From positions 1 to 64,000 of the forward strand of contig CAVULX010000003.1 in assembly GCA_963742415.1 (NCBI GenBank): a DNA stretch of 64,000 nucleotides, written 5' to 3'. This document shows, one piece after another, positions 1-10,716 of the stretch. The stretch's first letter is position 1. Each line of letters opens with the position of its first letter. The position numbers and the translations under genes are program-made. The notes under the pieces were generated by a model. That model saw nothing but the letters and a program-made list of their open reading frames with translations. It ran no database searches and was not told the origin of the DNA. Source of the stretch: an uncultured Parachlamydiaceae bacterium. Its GTDB lineage: Bacteria; Chlamydiota; Chlamydiia; Chlamydiales; Parachlamydiaceae.

Positions 1-269
1 TTGTCAAGAAAATTAATGACTCATGTAGTAAATTTCATCAATTCCCAGATAGGAATTTTGAGTTCGGTTATCTTAGGAAATATTTTTTTTGTGCAATCAA
101 CTCATCATGTTTGAAAAAGCTCTTGTGTAGGCCTGTAATCGCCTCCACGGCTTTATTTTTATTCCGCAGCTTCCCCACGATACAAGCCTGACATCGCTAG
201 TCAATATTTTCATTGCACAAAATATGCTACCCATGCATCATCTAGGACCTTTAAATAGGGAGAAAACAT

Positions 270-989
270 ATGTCGAGCATCAGAAAAACGATCCATTTAT
301 TTATTTTGTCATTTTTCGCTATAGGAATGAGTGCTGTTCAACTTTACGCAAAACCTGAAGTTAGAATAGAAAAAGCAACTTTAGATATGCTTTCCAATGG
401 TTGTGATGAATATATTTTGACCTTCGATGATTTTCCTAAAAATAAAGATTTTATCGTTTCATATTCGAGAGCAATACAAAAAGACCCAGGTACCTACAAA
501 CAAATTGACAAATTGAGGATAGATGATCAAAATTTCCTAACCGTAAATGAAGTTGATAAAGCACTGATCTACCCGGCTCTTCCTCCAGAATGGCTTGCAC
601 AAGGCGAAAGGATTAAATATAGAGCTAGCTTGCTCGATGGAACGATTATTTCAGAAACCTCTTTCATACCTTATCCAATCACGAAAAAAAGTAAAAATGG
701 TTCTTTCGATGTTAAGGCGGAGTTGACATCCCTTTTTCCTACTACCTATCAAATTTCTTATGAAGGATTAAAACCTGACGAAACAATACACATCTGTTCA
801 ATTTCTGGATCTGAAATGCTTAATTTTGATCTCAGCGCAAATATTTTCATACATATGCCAGGAATTCTTGGTAAATCGGGCGGTATATCTTCTTTGGAAA
901 GTTCGCGGAACTCTGGAGATAAAGTAATTTTACAATTGAAATGGGGCGATGAGATCACGAAAGAAATTATGAAAAAGAATTCTAAATAA
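270..989 (+). CDS. Hypothetical exported protein
   Basis: 239-aa ORF, GGGAG RBS, signal-peptide-like N-terminus; no recognised catalytic motif. Confidence 0.7.
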   Translation: MSSIRKTIHLFILSFFAIGMSAVQLYAKPEVRIEKATLDMLSNGCDEYILTFDDFPKNKDFIVSYSRAIQKDPGTYKQIDKLRIDDQNFLTVNEVDKALIYPALPPEWLAQGERIKYRASLLDGTIISETSFIPYPITKKSKNGSFDVKAELTSLFPTTYQISYEGLKPDETIHICSISGSEMLNFDLSANIFIHMPGILGKSGGISSLESSRNSGDKVILQLKWGDEITKEIMKKNSK

Positions 990-1115
990 AATCAGCTGCA
1001 AGTATAGGGTTAGCAAATTTTTGAATAGTGGGCATAAAGAAGATGATGATGTTTCAGCTGGTTTATGGTGCTTCGCTCCATTACGGGAATTAACATTTCT
1101 AAAATGAAATGGTTA

Positions 1116-2432
1116 CTAAAAAAGAGCTTTAATATATTGATTGGAAAATAGTCCTTGAGGATCTAGCTCGCGGCATGCTTCGTTAAAACGATGCGCATTT
1201 GCCCCATATAATTCGATGATCTTTTCTTTTGTCAAGAAATGCATTTTCCCCCAATGGGGCTTTCCCTCATAGGGGTATAAGGCCGTTTCAAAGTCTTTAA
1301 ACAACATCTCATACCCTTTTTTAGCGATTGTGATGAGACTAATATAAGCTGTTCGGCGATTCAAAGCCGGGCTTAGGTAACCATATCTGTCGGCATCGGC
1401 AAATCGGACCAAAATAATCGCCACCATGCGTATCTTTCGAAGGCTATATGCATGGATCAAATTGCGTGTTTTTTCAAGAGCATTATTTAAATTTTCTATA
1501 GGAACAGCGATTTCCTCTTCCACATAATGCCCCTCATCTGCTGGGGAGAGAAGCCTATAACTATAGTCCACGCAAGATCGGAAAGGGGAAATACCCATGT
1601 AAATTTTAATCAGCAATGGTATGCAGTACGATGGGATTGGCATCAGGTCAAAGCTTGATACGGCCATGCATTTAATAAAGAAACGATTTGTATGATATAA
1701 AAACCTGTTATGGAAAGTCTCTTCTGTCTTTCGATAATTCCATGAGACGACCTCATCGCTATATGGGTCTGCTGCAAATTGAAAATACTCTGATTTCTCT
1801 AAAATCTCCGGTAATTGTTTTAATAGGACAGGAAGAGTGCTCTTTATCTTTGATAATTGCAATTTTTCCAATGAAATACATTGTACTGTCACAGAATAAA
1901 TGATGCCAAGGCAGCCTAAACTTACAACAGCTGCGGAAAATAGATGCTCATTTATTGCAGGTGATAAGCTAAGCAAGTTGCCATTTGCATCCAGCAATTC
2001 GATCTCTAAAATAAAACTGCTCAGAGTGCCTGTCTTGCCGCTGCCATGCGTGGCAGTCGCAATCGCTCCCGCAATGCTCTGGTCCATGATATATCCCTGA
2101 TTTGGGAGGGTGAGGCCTTCTTTTGCTAAAGCATAAAGCAGGTCTTTAATCTTTATCCCTCCATGGACTTTGGCTTTTTTGTTTTCTTTATCAATCCACA
2201 AAATTTGGGATATTTTATCGGTCTGGACCTGTATCCCAGAAGTGGAGCAAAGAGGGTTAAAAGAATGGAGGGAACCTGCAACGCGTATCTGGGAACAGCT
2301 TTTACTGGCTTTGAGAACTATCTGGCGCAATTCGTCTAAAGAGACAGGATAGCAAACTTCCGATGGAAACCAAGCATTGTATTTTCCCCATGTATGCCTT
2401 TTTGTCGACACAGCTTCCCTTAAGTTGGGCAT
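1116..2432 (-). CDS. FAD-linked oxidoreductase, D-arabinono-1,4-lactone/L-gulonolactone oxidase family
   Basis: RVAGSLHS FAD-binding motif, QSIAGAIATATHGSG, SLGCLGII, C-terminal KPHWGK and LDPQGLFSN. Confidence 0.85.
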   Translation of the reverse strand: MPNLREAVSTKRHTWGKYNAWFPSEVCYPVSLDELRQIVLKASKSCSQIRVAGSLHSFNPLCSTSGIQVQTDKISQILWIDKENKKAKVHGGIKIKDLLYALAKEGLTLPNQGYIMDQSIAGAIATATHGSGKTGTLSSFILEIELLDANGNLLSLSPAINEHLFSAAVVSLGCLGIIYSVTVQCISLEKLQLSKIKSTLPVLLKQLPEILEKSEYFQFAADPYSDEVVSWNYRKTEETFHNRFLYHTNRFFIKCMAVSSFDLMPIPSYCIPLLIKIYMGISPFRSCVDYSYRLLSPADEGHYVEEEIAVPIENLNNALEKTRNLIHAYSLRKIRMVAIILVRFADADRYGYLSPALNRRTAYISLITIAKKGYEMLFKDFETALYPYEGKPHWGKMHFLTKEKIIELYGANAHRFNEACRELDPQGLFSNQYIKALF

Positions 2433-2747
2433 TCAAAAAATTACAAAACTAAATAAGCGAAGGTTTTCTAATCACGACCATAGCCAAAAGTTTTTCTTTG
2501 GCTAGCTTTAGCTATTTCCAAAGGATTGAAAGAATACCTTACCAATTACAAGCTTCGCAAAAAAAGTTCTACAAAAAAGCAGATTCAATTTAGATTTTGG
2601 CTTTTTGCTATCCTTCCTCATGTACAAGATGTTCAAAGTGCTAAAAAAATATAGCTTATAAAAAACATTGATTAAATAAAAAAAATCACTATTATTTTTT
2701 TCAGTAATTAGCGTAGAACAAATATTTATAAAAAGGAGAATAATACT

Positions 2748-3347
2748 ATGGGGCTAACTATAGAAGAGTTATATGGTCACGTTGGTGCTTGGTCTAATCA
2801 TATTGCTCATAAAACAGCCGCTTTTTGTAACAGTGCTGTTGATCATTTAGCAAAAGTTCCATTTTTGTTCGATAAGAAAGGCCCTAGCGCTGATTACGAA
2901 ATTGAGACAAGTTTTCTATCACATAATATCAAAATATTAACTTTTAATGTTGTGACTGTATGGATGATTGCAAAGATTGCAGCTGTTGTATTCAGTGGTT
3001 TTGCTTTAACTTTTGCAACTGCTAGAACCCTTTTATCCATGTACGTGATCAGACATATTTTATATCTTATGATTGATGATTTTATGAATTTTTATAAAAA
3101 AGATGGATCGGAAGCAGATCCAAACAAAGGATTGATTCAAAGGGGAAAAGATATTCTCAAGGATGCAGCTAATAAAGTGTATAAATATTCAGTAAAAATA
3201 ACTTTAAAAAACATTGAAATATCAGTTTCAGATGTAGATCTTGATTTAGGGGGAGGGACTGCTATGTTTTTTTTCAAAAGGTTTACTTCTTTTGCTCTGC
3301 TTGACAAGATATATTCGTTAACTCCAACTCATAATCGTAGCAAATAG
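2748..3347 (+). CDS. Hypothetical membrane-associated protein
   Basis: 199-aa ORF, AAGGAG RBS, long central hydrophobic segment. Confidence 0.65.
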   Translation: MGLTIEELYGHVGAWSNHIAHKTAAFCNSAVDHLAKVPFLFDKKGPSADYEIETSFLSHNIKILTFNVVTVWMIAKIAAVVFSGFALTFATARTLLSMYVIRHILYLMIDDFMNFYKKDGSEADPNKGLIQRGKDILKDAANKVYKYSVKITLKNIEISVSDVDLDLGGGTAMFFFKRFTSFALLDKIYSLTPTHNRSK

Positions 3348-3358
3348 CATCGTGAGTT

Positions 3359-3385
3359 GCATCCCTCTCTTCTTAGGAGGGGTGC
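3359..3385. terminator. Hairpin between convergent genes, probable intrinsic terminator
   Basis: GCATCCCTC...GAGGGGTGC followed by TTT, 11 nt after the stop of 2748..3347. Confidence 0.5.
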
Positions 3386-3442
3386 TTTGGCTATCCATAA
3401 AATTCTAGTTGTATCAATCATGAAGGCGTCTACTTACTTAGC

Positions 3443-3781
3443 TTAGCAACAAAGGTCTTTTCTACACTTGAGCATCTTTTTTAGATCAGAACTGTAGGGT
3501 TTAATTTTTTTTAGCTCTTCCAAAGTTACCATAATAATGTTTTGTGCCCATGCAGGAAGGTTTGGATTTAATCGATAATAAACCCATTGCCCTCTTCGTT
3601 CATCTGATACAAGACCTGACTTACGTAAGTAAGCCAGGTGTCTTGATATTTTTGGTTGGATGCTATCTAGGATATTGCTGAACTCGCAAACACAAAGCTC
3701 CTTCTGCTTATTAAGAAGAAGAAGGCAGCGCAATCTCGTTTCATCTGATAAGAGAGTAAATAACTCGTTTGCAGTTATCAT
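3443..3781 (-). CDS. arsR: ArsR/SmtB family arsenic-responsive repressor
   Basis: ELCVCE metal box, SRHLAYLR helix, RRGQWVYY wing, C-terminal CC; overlaps the arsM stop. Confidence 0.9.
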   Translation of the reverse strand: MITANELFTLLSDETRLRCLLLLNKQKELCVCEFSNILDSIQPKISRHLAYLRKSGLVSDERRGQWVYYRLNPNLPAWAQNIIMVTLEELKKIKPYSSDLKKMLKCRKDLCC

Positions 3782-4647
3782 TTGTTAGTCCTAGGTTTAA
3801 CAGCTTTTATCTTTGCAGAAACGACATAATTTTCAGCGTCTGATCCAGGAACCCAGTCTTTAATAAACATGCGGCTATTTTCCTGAGGTTCAATTGCGAT
3901 ATCTGTGAATCCTGCGTTTGACAGGATTTTTTTAAGTTCACTAATTGTAATAGCGCCAGAGATACAATTGCAATAGAGTTCTTTGTTGCTAACCATTTCC
4001 GGAGGCAGCGGTTTGTACGCTACCATATCAGAAATGGCTATTCTGCCGCCTTCTTTTAAAACCCGAAATGCTTCATCAAAAACTTGAGTTTTGTTGGTTG
4101 AAAGGTTTACTACGCAATTTGAAATGATGACGTTAATAGAATTGTTGGGAAGAGGTAAATGTTCAATTTCTCCTAAAAGGAATTCGACATTTCTGTAGCC
4201 ACTTTTTATAGCATTGACTCTAGCTTTGCTGAGCATTTCAGGGGTCATATCTACTCCAAAGACTTTACCGCTTGGACCCACTTGCTTAGCAGCCAAAAAT
4301 GCATCAAATCCTCCACCGGCTCCTAGGTCCAATACAATTTCGCCTTGTTTTAGTGATGCCATAGCTTGAGGATTTCCGCAGCCCAACCCCATATTGCATC
4401 CTTCTGGCACGCTTTCTAACTCTTCCTGGGTATACCCTAATTCTTTTGAATATGCACTATCTGGTTTTGAAGAAACTCCACAGCAGCTGCGTGAATTTCC
4501 ACAACCTTTGTTTTGATTATGGGCTTCTGCGACCCCTCCATAAGCAGATCTCACTTCAAGTTTTGTGTCTTCCGTAGTTTTAGTTCCTTGTTCGTTTGTA
4601 GCAATATACTGTACATGTTCCACTTTTGGCGGTTGGTAATAATCCAT
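3778..4647 (-). CDS. arsM: Arsenite S-adenosylmethionine methyltransferase
   Basis: SCC, GLGCGNP, LDLGAGGGFD, GVDMTPEM, IISNCVVNL, NCISGA motifs; start moved to MDYYQ, which has an AAGGAGG RBS. Confidence 0.9.
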   Translation of the reverse strand: MDYYQPPKVEHVQYIATNEQGTKTTEDTKLEVRSAYGGVAEAHNQNKGCGNSRSCCGVSSKPDSAYSKELGYTQEELESVPEGCNMGLGCGNPQAMASLKQGEIVLDLGAGGGFDAFLAAKQVGPSGKVFGVDMTPEMLSKARVNAIKSGYRNVEFLLGEIEHLPLPNNSINVIISNCVVNLSTNKTQVFDEAFRVLKEGGRIAISDMVAYKPLPPEMVSNKELYCNCISGAITISELKKILSNAGFTDIAIEPQENSRMFIKDWVPGSDAENYVVSAKIKAVKPRTNK

Positions 4648-4676
4648 AGGAGCCTCCTTTAGATGTTTTCTTATCT

Positions 4677-4712
4677 TCATATACGTATATACGTATAAGC
4701 ATATTAATACAA
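4677..4712 (-). promoter_or_regulatory. Candidate arsM-arsR promoter with ArsR operator
   Basis: Minus strand TTGTAT followed by ATATGCTTATACGTATATACGTATATG, with overlapping TATACGTATA palindromes, about 30 nt upstream of arsM. Confidence 0.5.
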
Positions 4713-4794
4713 TAGCTTTTTTCATTTCTACTTAGATTTTGGCTTGTTGCTATGCTTCCTCACGCACAAAAGGGTACCAGCTAATCTAAAAATC

Positions 4795-5391
4795 TTATTC
4801 GGTAATTTTTGCCACCATCACATTTACTGGATATTCTCCTTGATCGCCTCCAGGAACATAAAAAATTTCATACCTGGGGTTAATATCCAAAATTTTGTGT
4901 ATGATATCTTCTTGCGTAAGATAATCAAATGCCTCTGTACCGCAACAGTGCATATCATCGATTAAAATTGTATGTGTTTTAATAGGGTGTTGCTTGATTT
5001 GCTCTAATTCTTGAATTAAGGGACAATTTTTTCCACCATCGCTTCTAGGAGGAAAAATATGAGCGTCTAACCAAAATGTCACAGGTTCTCTAATATCCTT
5101 TATGAGCAGCCAAAGATCCTGAGAAGAATCGCCATAAAATATTTTTACTTGTTTTAGGCCTTTAAATCTTTCAACACAGAATCGATAATTGTTAAGATCA
5201 AACTCAATGGATCGAGCCTCAGGGAATCCCGCATCCAAGGCCTTTTGAACAGCAGAACCACCAAGCGTTCCAGTTTCAATAAAATAGCTGCTTAAAAAGG
5301 GGGAGAAGCCCTGGGGCCCTATATTGGCTAATAAATGTGCATTTAAACAGCAAATTATTCCACATAATATAGTCTTCCTCATGTGCCCCAT
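4795..5391 (-). CDS. Putative SAM-dependent methyltransferase-like protein of glycan clusters
   Basis: FIETGT..G motif I, GDS, FWLDAH, ILIDD; signal-like N-terminus. Confidence 0.6.
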   Translation of the reverse strand: MGHMRKTILCGIICCLNAHLLANIGPQGFSPFLSSYFIETGTLGGSAVQKALDAGFPEARSIEFDLNNYRFCVERFKGLKQVKIFYGDSSQDLWLLIKDIREPVTFWLDAHIFPPRSDGGKNCPLIQELEQIKQHPIKTHTILIDDMHCCGTEAFDYLTQEDIIHKILDINPRYEIFYVPGGDQGEYPVNVMVAKITE

Positions 5392-5503
5392 AAATACTTT
5401 TAGATTTTTTTTACAAAATTACGTTCTATTCTGCAAGAAGAGGACCCAACATTGACAATAACTTTAATCTTATCATACTTTCAATTTTTTTTATGGTTAT
5501 TCT

Positions 5504-6376
5504 ATGAGGTGCCTCTTCTTTCTGGTTGCTATTTTTTTTCTCGCCCAAATTTCTCTGTTATCTGCAGAGATGAAAATCTTTCCCTTTTCAAATACCCAAA
5601 TCGATGTAGTGATTCCGTGTGTCGAAAAGGATCTGCTTACACTCAATCTTTGCATTCGGGGAATCCGAGAAAATGGAACGAATATTCGACGCATCATCGT
5701 TGTTTCTAGAAACCCACTCACAGATGAGGCTGAATGGTTCAATGAATCCGATTATCCATTTTCCTTCCAAGATGTGGCTGCAGCCTTAGCCAATCACACC
5801 TTCCTGCTCACAGAACAGCTTCTTCAAAAAGGGTCGAGAACCGGTTGGTATTATCAGCAATTGCTCAAATTGTATGCTCCCTTAGTCATTCCTGATATTT
5901 CTCCAAATGTTCTGATTCTTGATGCGGATGTCATATTTTTAAGGCCCGTTACATTTTTAAATAAGAACTATGCTGGAATGTATAATCCTGGGTTCGAATA
6001 CAACCCCCCTTATTTCCAGCATGCCAAGCGCTTGATTCCCAGATTTTATAAATGCTTCCCTCAATATTCAGGTATCTCCCATCACATGATTTTTCAAAGA
6101 CCAGTGATCGAAGCGCTATTGGAAGAGATCGAGCATCATCATGGTGTCTCCTTTTGGCAAATCTTTTGCCAACTTGTAGACCCACAACACCTCTTCCACT
6201 CCGGTGCTTCTGAATATGAAATTTATTTCAATTATATCTTTGCTCGCTCTAATCAAGTCTCAATCCGCAAATTAAAATGGAAAAATATTCAAAAGTTGAG
6301 TGAGATTCAGGAGCATAAATCAAAGGGATTTCTACACTATGTTTGCCTCCACACCTATGAGCGGATCGAGGAATAG
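5504..6376 (+). CDS. Putative GT-A glycosyltransferase (DUF6492-like)
   Basis: DVVIP, GWYYQQLLKL, ILDADVIF (DxD), HHMIF, SEYEIY; signal peptide. Confidence 0.7.
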   Translation: MRCLFFLVAIFFLAQISLLSAEMKIFPFSNTQIDVVIPCVEKDLLTLNLCIRGIRENGTNIRRIIVVSRNPLTDEAEWFNESDYPFSFQDVAAALANHTFLLTEQLLQKGSRTGWYYQQLLKLYAPLVIPDISPNVLILDADVIFLRPVTFLNKNYAGMYNPGFEYNPPYFQHAKRLIPRFYKCFPQYSGISHHMIFQRPVIEALLEEIEHHHGVSFWQIFCQLVDPQHLFHSGASEYEIYFNYIFARSNQVSIRKLKWKNIQKLSEIQEHKSKGFLHYVCLHTYERIEE

Positions 6377-6377
6377 A

Positions 6378-7409
6378 ATGGTGCGTTTTTTGCTTCTATT
6401 CCTCTATACAGCTCTCCTGAGCGGCGCAGAGATCCATGAACGGGTCTTAATTTGCGGTGTTTGCCGTAATGTGGAATCCCGTTTAGAGAAAACGATAATG
6501 ATCATGGAGTCTATTGGCCGTCTTTTCGATGATTATCGGATCTTGGTCTATGAAAATAACTCGACGGATCAAACTCAAACTATTCTTCTATCTTGGGCCC
6601 AGGCAAACCCTAAAGTTTGGGTGAAATCTGAAATCCTATCGAGAAAAGAACTAGAAGATCTCATCATCAATGTCCATTCCGATGGCTCCCTGTTTATTCC
6701 AGAACAAATCTCTCGGGCGCGAAACATCGTTTTGGAAGAAGCATTGAGCCCTGCCTACGAGGATTTCCCCTATCTGATTTGGATGGATATGGATTTTGTC
6801 AAATTCCCCAATCTAGATGGATTCATCGATACATTTCATAGCTTGCAAGAATGGGATGCTGTATTTGCGTATGGCGTGGATCCTGCCAATATGTATTGGG
6901 ATTGGTATGCTTTTCGCGATGCGAATTATCCTATTGGCTCCGAATTACTAGGGATGGATTGGTGGTATATGGATAAACAGCTCAGCCTCTCTCAGAAAGA
7001 TCCTTGGTATCCCGTCTATTCCGCTTTTGGGGGTTGTGGAATTTATAAAAAATCCTCAATCCAAGGGTGTCGTTATTCTGCGTTAGCCACTGCTGACTTG
7101 GAGGCCCATGCGAAGAAGCTCATGGAAAAAAGAGGGCATCCGCAAATTCTCAAATACCGGACATTCAATAAAAATTTGGAAGCCATCCATCTTGTTGAAG
7201 AAGCAACGCCGCATCTTCCTTTGATCCTGAATCCACAGATTGGCGTGGTGTTGCATCCAGGACCTGATGCTCTGATTTGGAGAATGAGCTCCTTTGTCTA
7301 TCAATTCCCTTCGGTCTGTGAACACGTTCCTTTCCATGCCTCTATGATCGTTCGTGGATATGATAAACTCTATATCAACCCAAGATTAGTCTTTATCTAT
7401 GGCGATTAG
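6378..7409 (+). CDS. Putative glycosyltransferase, CAP59/cryptococcal mannosyltransferase-like
   Basis: YENNSTD, RARN, DMD, VYSAFGGCGIYK, CEHVPFH; start set to MVRFLLL (signal peptide). Confidence 0.65.
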   Translation: MVRFLLLFLYTALLSGAEIHERVLICGVCRNVESRLEKTIMIMESIGRLFDDYRILVYENNSTDQTQTILLSWAQANPKVWVKSEILSRKELEDLIINVHSDGSLFIPEQISRARNIVLEEALSPAYEDFPYLIWMDMDFVKFPNLDGFIDTFHSLQEWDAVFAYGVDPANMYWDWYAFRDANYPIGSELLGMDWWYMDKQLSLSQKDPWYPVYSAFGGCGIYKKSSIQGCRYSALATADLEAHAKKLMEKRGHPQILKYRTFNKNLEAIHLVEEATPHLPLILNPQIGVVLHPGPDALIWRMSSFVYQFPSVCEHVPFHASMIVRGYDKLYINPRLVFIYGD

Positions 7410-8430
7410 AAAACTCCTCTTTTTATTTCTAAGCCTTTCGATCCCCCTTGCGGGCGATGAAGGATCGGGATGGGAGCCAACACAATTCATATGGAATTTT
7501 GGACTTATCTCTTCATGCGATCTGGGCGCACCTAAAAATCCTTGGCGCTACTTCTTATACGAACCAATTCTACAGCCTGAATGCTATCAGGATGTCAAAA
7601 GTGGAGACATCGTCTGGGTGCAATCTCGTCTTGTGTCTGAGTTTTATGAAAAGGTCTTTCCTTGGATTCAAGTACCCTTTGTCTTAGTCATTAGCGATGG
7701 AGACGGCTCTTTCCCCTCGGATTGTTTAAAACCGGAAGTACTTGAAGAGCTTCTTTCTCAGAAAAATATCATTCATATTTTTGCACAAAATTGTGATTAT
7801 CAAGGCATATCAAAGAAAATCTCGCCGGTTCCAATTGGGATCGATTTTCATACGGTAGCTTACAAAGGAACAACCGGTGGATGGGGTGTGGTCGGATCTC
7901 CCAAACAACAGGAAGCCCTTTTGTTATCCCTTCTGCAAGGAGCGCTTCCCACGCACCAGAGAAAATGTCGAGCTTTTGTCGATTTTCATCATTCCGACAC
8001 AATGCATGGAGAGTTTAAGAGATACCTGCAATTCGGAGAAGATAGAACCTCGATTTTTACGGCTATTTTATCGTCGAAAGTCATCGACCATGGCCGATGG
8101 ATGCCCCGGGACCAGCTTTGGAAAACCAAACTCAACTATGCCTTCTCCATTAGCCCCCATGGGAATGGATTGGATTGCCATCGCACTTGGGAAGACTTAA
8201 CGTTAGGATGTATCGTCATCGTAAAAAGCTCCCCTCTTGATCCTTTGTATGAGGGGTTGCCGGTTGTGATCCTTCAGGATTGGAGCGAAGTCAATGAGGA
8301 GAATTTTCAAAAATGGATCGTACAATATGGAGAAGCCTTTACCCACCCTGCTTATCGAGAAAAATTGACTCATCAATACTGGATGTCAAAGATTATCAAT
8401 GCAGCTAAATCTTATAAATCCCGCAATTAG
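7399..8430 (+). CDS. Putative exostosin/GT47-like glycosyltransferase
   Basis: FAQN, PIGID, FSISPHGNGLDCHRTWE, LYEGLPV..DW; paralog of 45728..46612. Confidence 0.7.
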   Translation: MAIRKLLFLFLSLSIPLAGDEGSGWEPTQFIWNFGLISSCDLGAPKNPWRYFLYEPILQPECYQDVKSGDIVWVQSRLVSEFYEKVFPWIQVPFVLVISDGDGSFPSDCLKPEVLEELLSQKNIIHIFAQNCDYQGISKKISPVPIGIDFHTVAYKGTTGGWGVVGSPKQQEALLLSLLQGALPTHQRKCRAFVDFHHSDTMHGEFKRYLQFGEDRTSIFTAILSSKVIDHGRWMPRDQLWKTKLNYAFSISPHGNGLDCHRTWEDLTLGCIVIVKSSPLDPLYEGLPVVILQDWSEVNEENFQKWIVQYGEAFTHPAYREKLTHQYWMSKIINAAKSYKSRN

Positions 8431-9305
8431 CGCAACCAAGAAAGGGCATGCCACCCTTCGGGGATAACATTCGACGAATCATGGCCTGAGACTGGGCTAA
8501 ACCAAGGATCTGGAGCCACGACAATTTTTTCTGGATTTTTATTCAAGTAAGCAGCCCACCAACTAAAGCTAGAAGGAGAAATGATCTGATGTTTACAAAA
8601 ACTCATGAGGTAGAAATCGTGATAATGAGGCTCATTTTCAATGAAAACATGCGGACGCTTAAAATTTTTCAGCTCCTTTTTCGCCCAATCTATCCGATCA
8701 GAAAAAATGACAAACAGAGCATCCTCAGAAAATAACTCAGCTGCTCTCATGTAGAATTCGCCGGAAAGAAAGGGAAAGCACTTTTCGATCTCTAAGCTTT
8801 CAAGTTTGAAGGCTCTTAAATGGATCGCTACCGTCTTGGGATGGTCCAAGAGAGGCTGATACTTCTTTGCGAGATATTCCTTAATCTTTGCTGAGGGTTC
8901 GAAGAATGAACATATCTTTTCTTTATTATGTTTAAAATATTTTTCTGATTGGAAATAACCGAAAATTTCCATATTTGGATGAAATGAGATCGGGTTAAAG
9001 TGAAAATGGGGATGTTCATGAAATGTATAAGTAGATGGAACTGAAGGGCGTTTCGCTTCAAGAGAAGAGAAAAAATATTTGTGGTTTAACTGAATATCTT
9101 CTCCATCCCGCTCCGCCAAGTCGGGAAAGATTGCCTCAGCCCCAAAATCTTCGGCTAAACTCAAAGCTGCGGCAATTTGGAACATCTGGTTCCCCAATCG
9201 CCCGCCGAGGTGCATATTCACGTAAAATTTCTCGCTTGCAGCTCCTTGAGTTGCTCCAAATAAGGAAAAGTAGAAAAAGAAATAAACTTTCAACGCTCGA
9301 TGCAT
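8427..9305 (-). CDS. Alpha-1,2-fucosyltransferase (GT11)
   Basis: GRLGNQMFQ, GYFQSEKYF, IHLR, FSD, HQIISPSSFSWWAAYLN. Confidence 0.9.
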   Translation of the reverse strand: MHRALKVYFFFYFSLFGATQGAASEKFYVNMHLGGRLGNQMFQIAAALSLAEDFGAEAIFPDLAERDGEDIQLNHKYFFSSLEAKRPSVPSTYTFHEHPHFHFNPISFHPNMEIFGYFQSEKYFKHNKEKICSFFEPSAKIKEYLAKKYQPLLDHPKTVAIHLRAFKLESLEIEKCFPFLSGEFYMRAAELFSEDALFVIFSDRIDWAKKELKNFKRPHVFIENEPHYHDFYLMSFCKHQIISPSSFSWWAAYLNKNPEKIVVAPDPWFSPVSGHDSSNVIPEGWHALSWLR

Positions 9306-9510
9306 AATTCAGCTTCCGAGTGAATGTATTTTAAACCAATATTCGATAGATTCTCTTTCTAACCAGAGTTTTGGGTTTCTATAGAAAAAAAACGGTTGCT
9401 GTTTCTCAGGCAATCCCAAAAAACCAATGGCAAAAAATCATAGAAACATCAAAATTTATTGAATGGCAAATTATGACTTTTTTAAAGAAATTTAGCAACT
9501 ATTTCCCAAC

Positions 9511-10485
9511 ATGAGGAAAAAAATGAGACTTATACTGATTGCACTTTTGGCATATGCATCGAACATATTTGCTGAATATTCGATTGTCTATGTTCATATC
9601 GGCGAAACAGTGCCTCCGCATGCAGATATTGCGATTGCACAGGCTCGCCTTTTCAATCAACATGCAAGAATTATTCTCTTAAGCAGTGAAGGAGGACTGC
9701 AACGGTTTCAAGCGCTGAAAGAGCAAGCGAACATAGAACTATGCACTTACGACGCGCTGCCTAAAACTCCGATTCATCAAGAGTACCAAGACCTCTGCGC
9801 TGAAACTTCTCCCTTTTGGAGGTATACTTCTGAGAGATTCCTGTACCTCTTGGATCTTATGGAGGCCTATTCTTTAGAAAATGTCTTTCATCTAGAAAAT
9901 GATAACATGCTTTATGCCGATTTAGAGCCGCTGCTCCCCCATTTTCAAAAACAATATCCCGGTGTTGGGGCGACTTTTGATAACGATGACCGCTGCATTC
10001 CGGGTTTTGTTTGGATTGCCAATTGCAAAGCGATGAGATCTCTAGCTGCCTACTTTGCAAAAAACGCTCCTAAGCGCCTCTTCGATATGGAGGTCATAGG
10101 GAATTATCGCAAAGAATATTCAGACCAATGGATCGATGCTTTGCCGATTATTATGCCCGAGTATACTTCTGTCTATCCCCTCGAAAGCCCTTCTCATCAT
10201 ACCACAACACGTCCTCACTCCTATTCAAATCACTTCGAAATATTTCATGCAATTTTTGATGCGGCAGCGATCGGTCAATTTCTCGGGGGCCTCGACCCGA
10301 TTCATGCCAACAATCAGCCAGGATTTATCAATGAAAGCTGCCTTTTTAACCCTTTTTTCCTGCAGTATCAATGGATATCGGACGAGCAAGGAAGATCAGT
10401 CCCCCATGCCATTTTTCAGGATCATTCTTATAAAATCATTAATCTCCATATCCATTCAAAGCGGCTCCAAGAGTTTAAAAGTTGA
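9511..10485 (+). CDS. Putative glycosyltransferase-like exported protein
   Basis: ERF, FHLENDNMLY, FDAAAIGQFLGG, NLHIHSK; signal peptide; glycan cluster context. Confidence 0.55.
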   Translation: MRKKMRLILIALLAYASNIFAEYSIVYVHIGETVPPHADIAIAQARLFNQHARIILLSSEGGLQRFQALKEQANIELCTYDALPKTPIHQEYQDLCAETSPFWRYTSERFLYLLDLMEAYSLENVFHLENDNMLYADLEPLLPHFQKQYPGVGATFDNDDRCIPGFVWIANCKAMRSLAAYFAKNAPKRLFDMEVIGNYRKEYSDQWIDALPIIMPEYTSVYPLESPSHHTTTRPHSYSNHFEIFHAIFDAAAIGQFLGGLDPIHANNQPGFINESCLFNPFFLQYQWISDEQGRSVPHAIFQDHSYKIINLHIHSKRLQEFKS

Positions 10486-10716
10486 AATAACCAGGGACAA
10501 CAAGCTTGATCGAGGATTTTTTTTTCACAAAATCTTGACCTGTTCAGCAAGAATTTGTTCTCGTAAACTCCAATAAATCGAATTATAGGTGATTTTTGCA
10601 CGCAAAATCAACATTTATCTTTTTTTGAGGGAAATTTTTGTTAATCAATTATTATAAATACAAGGTTGCATCCTCAAACCGAATGAATACATTGACCGGT
10701 CTCTTCTGAAATTCAT

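Noticed and set aside
4648-4725. N-terminal extension of ArsM
   Set aside because: It reads through the promoter/operator palindrome; a strong RBS precedes 4647.
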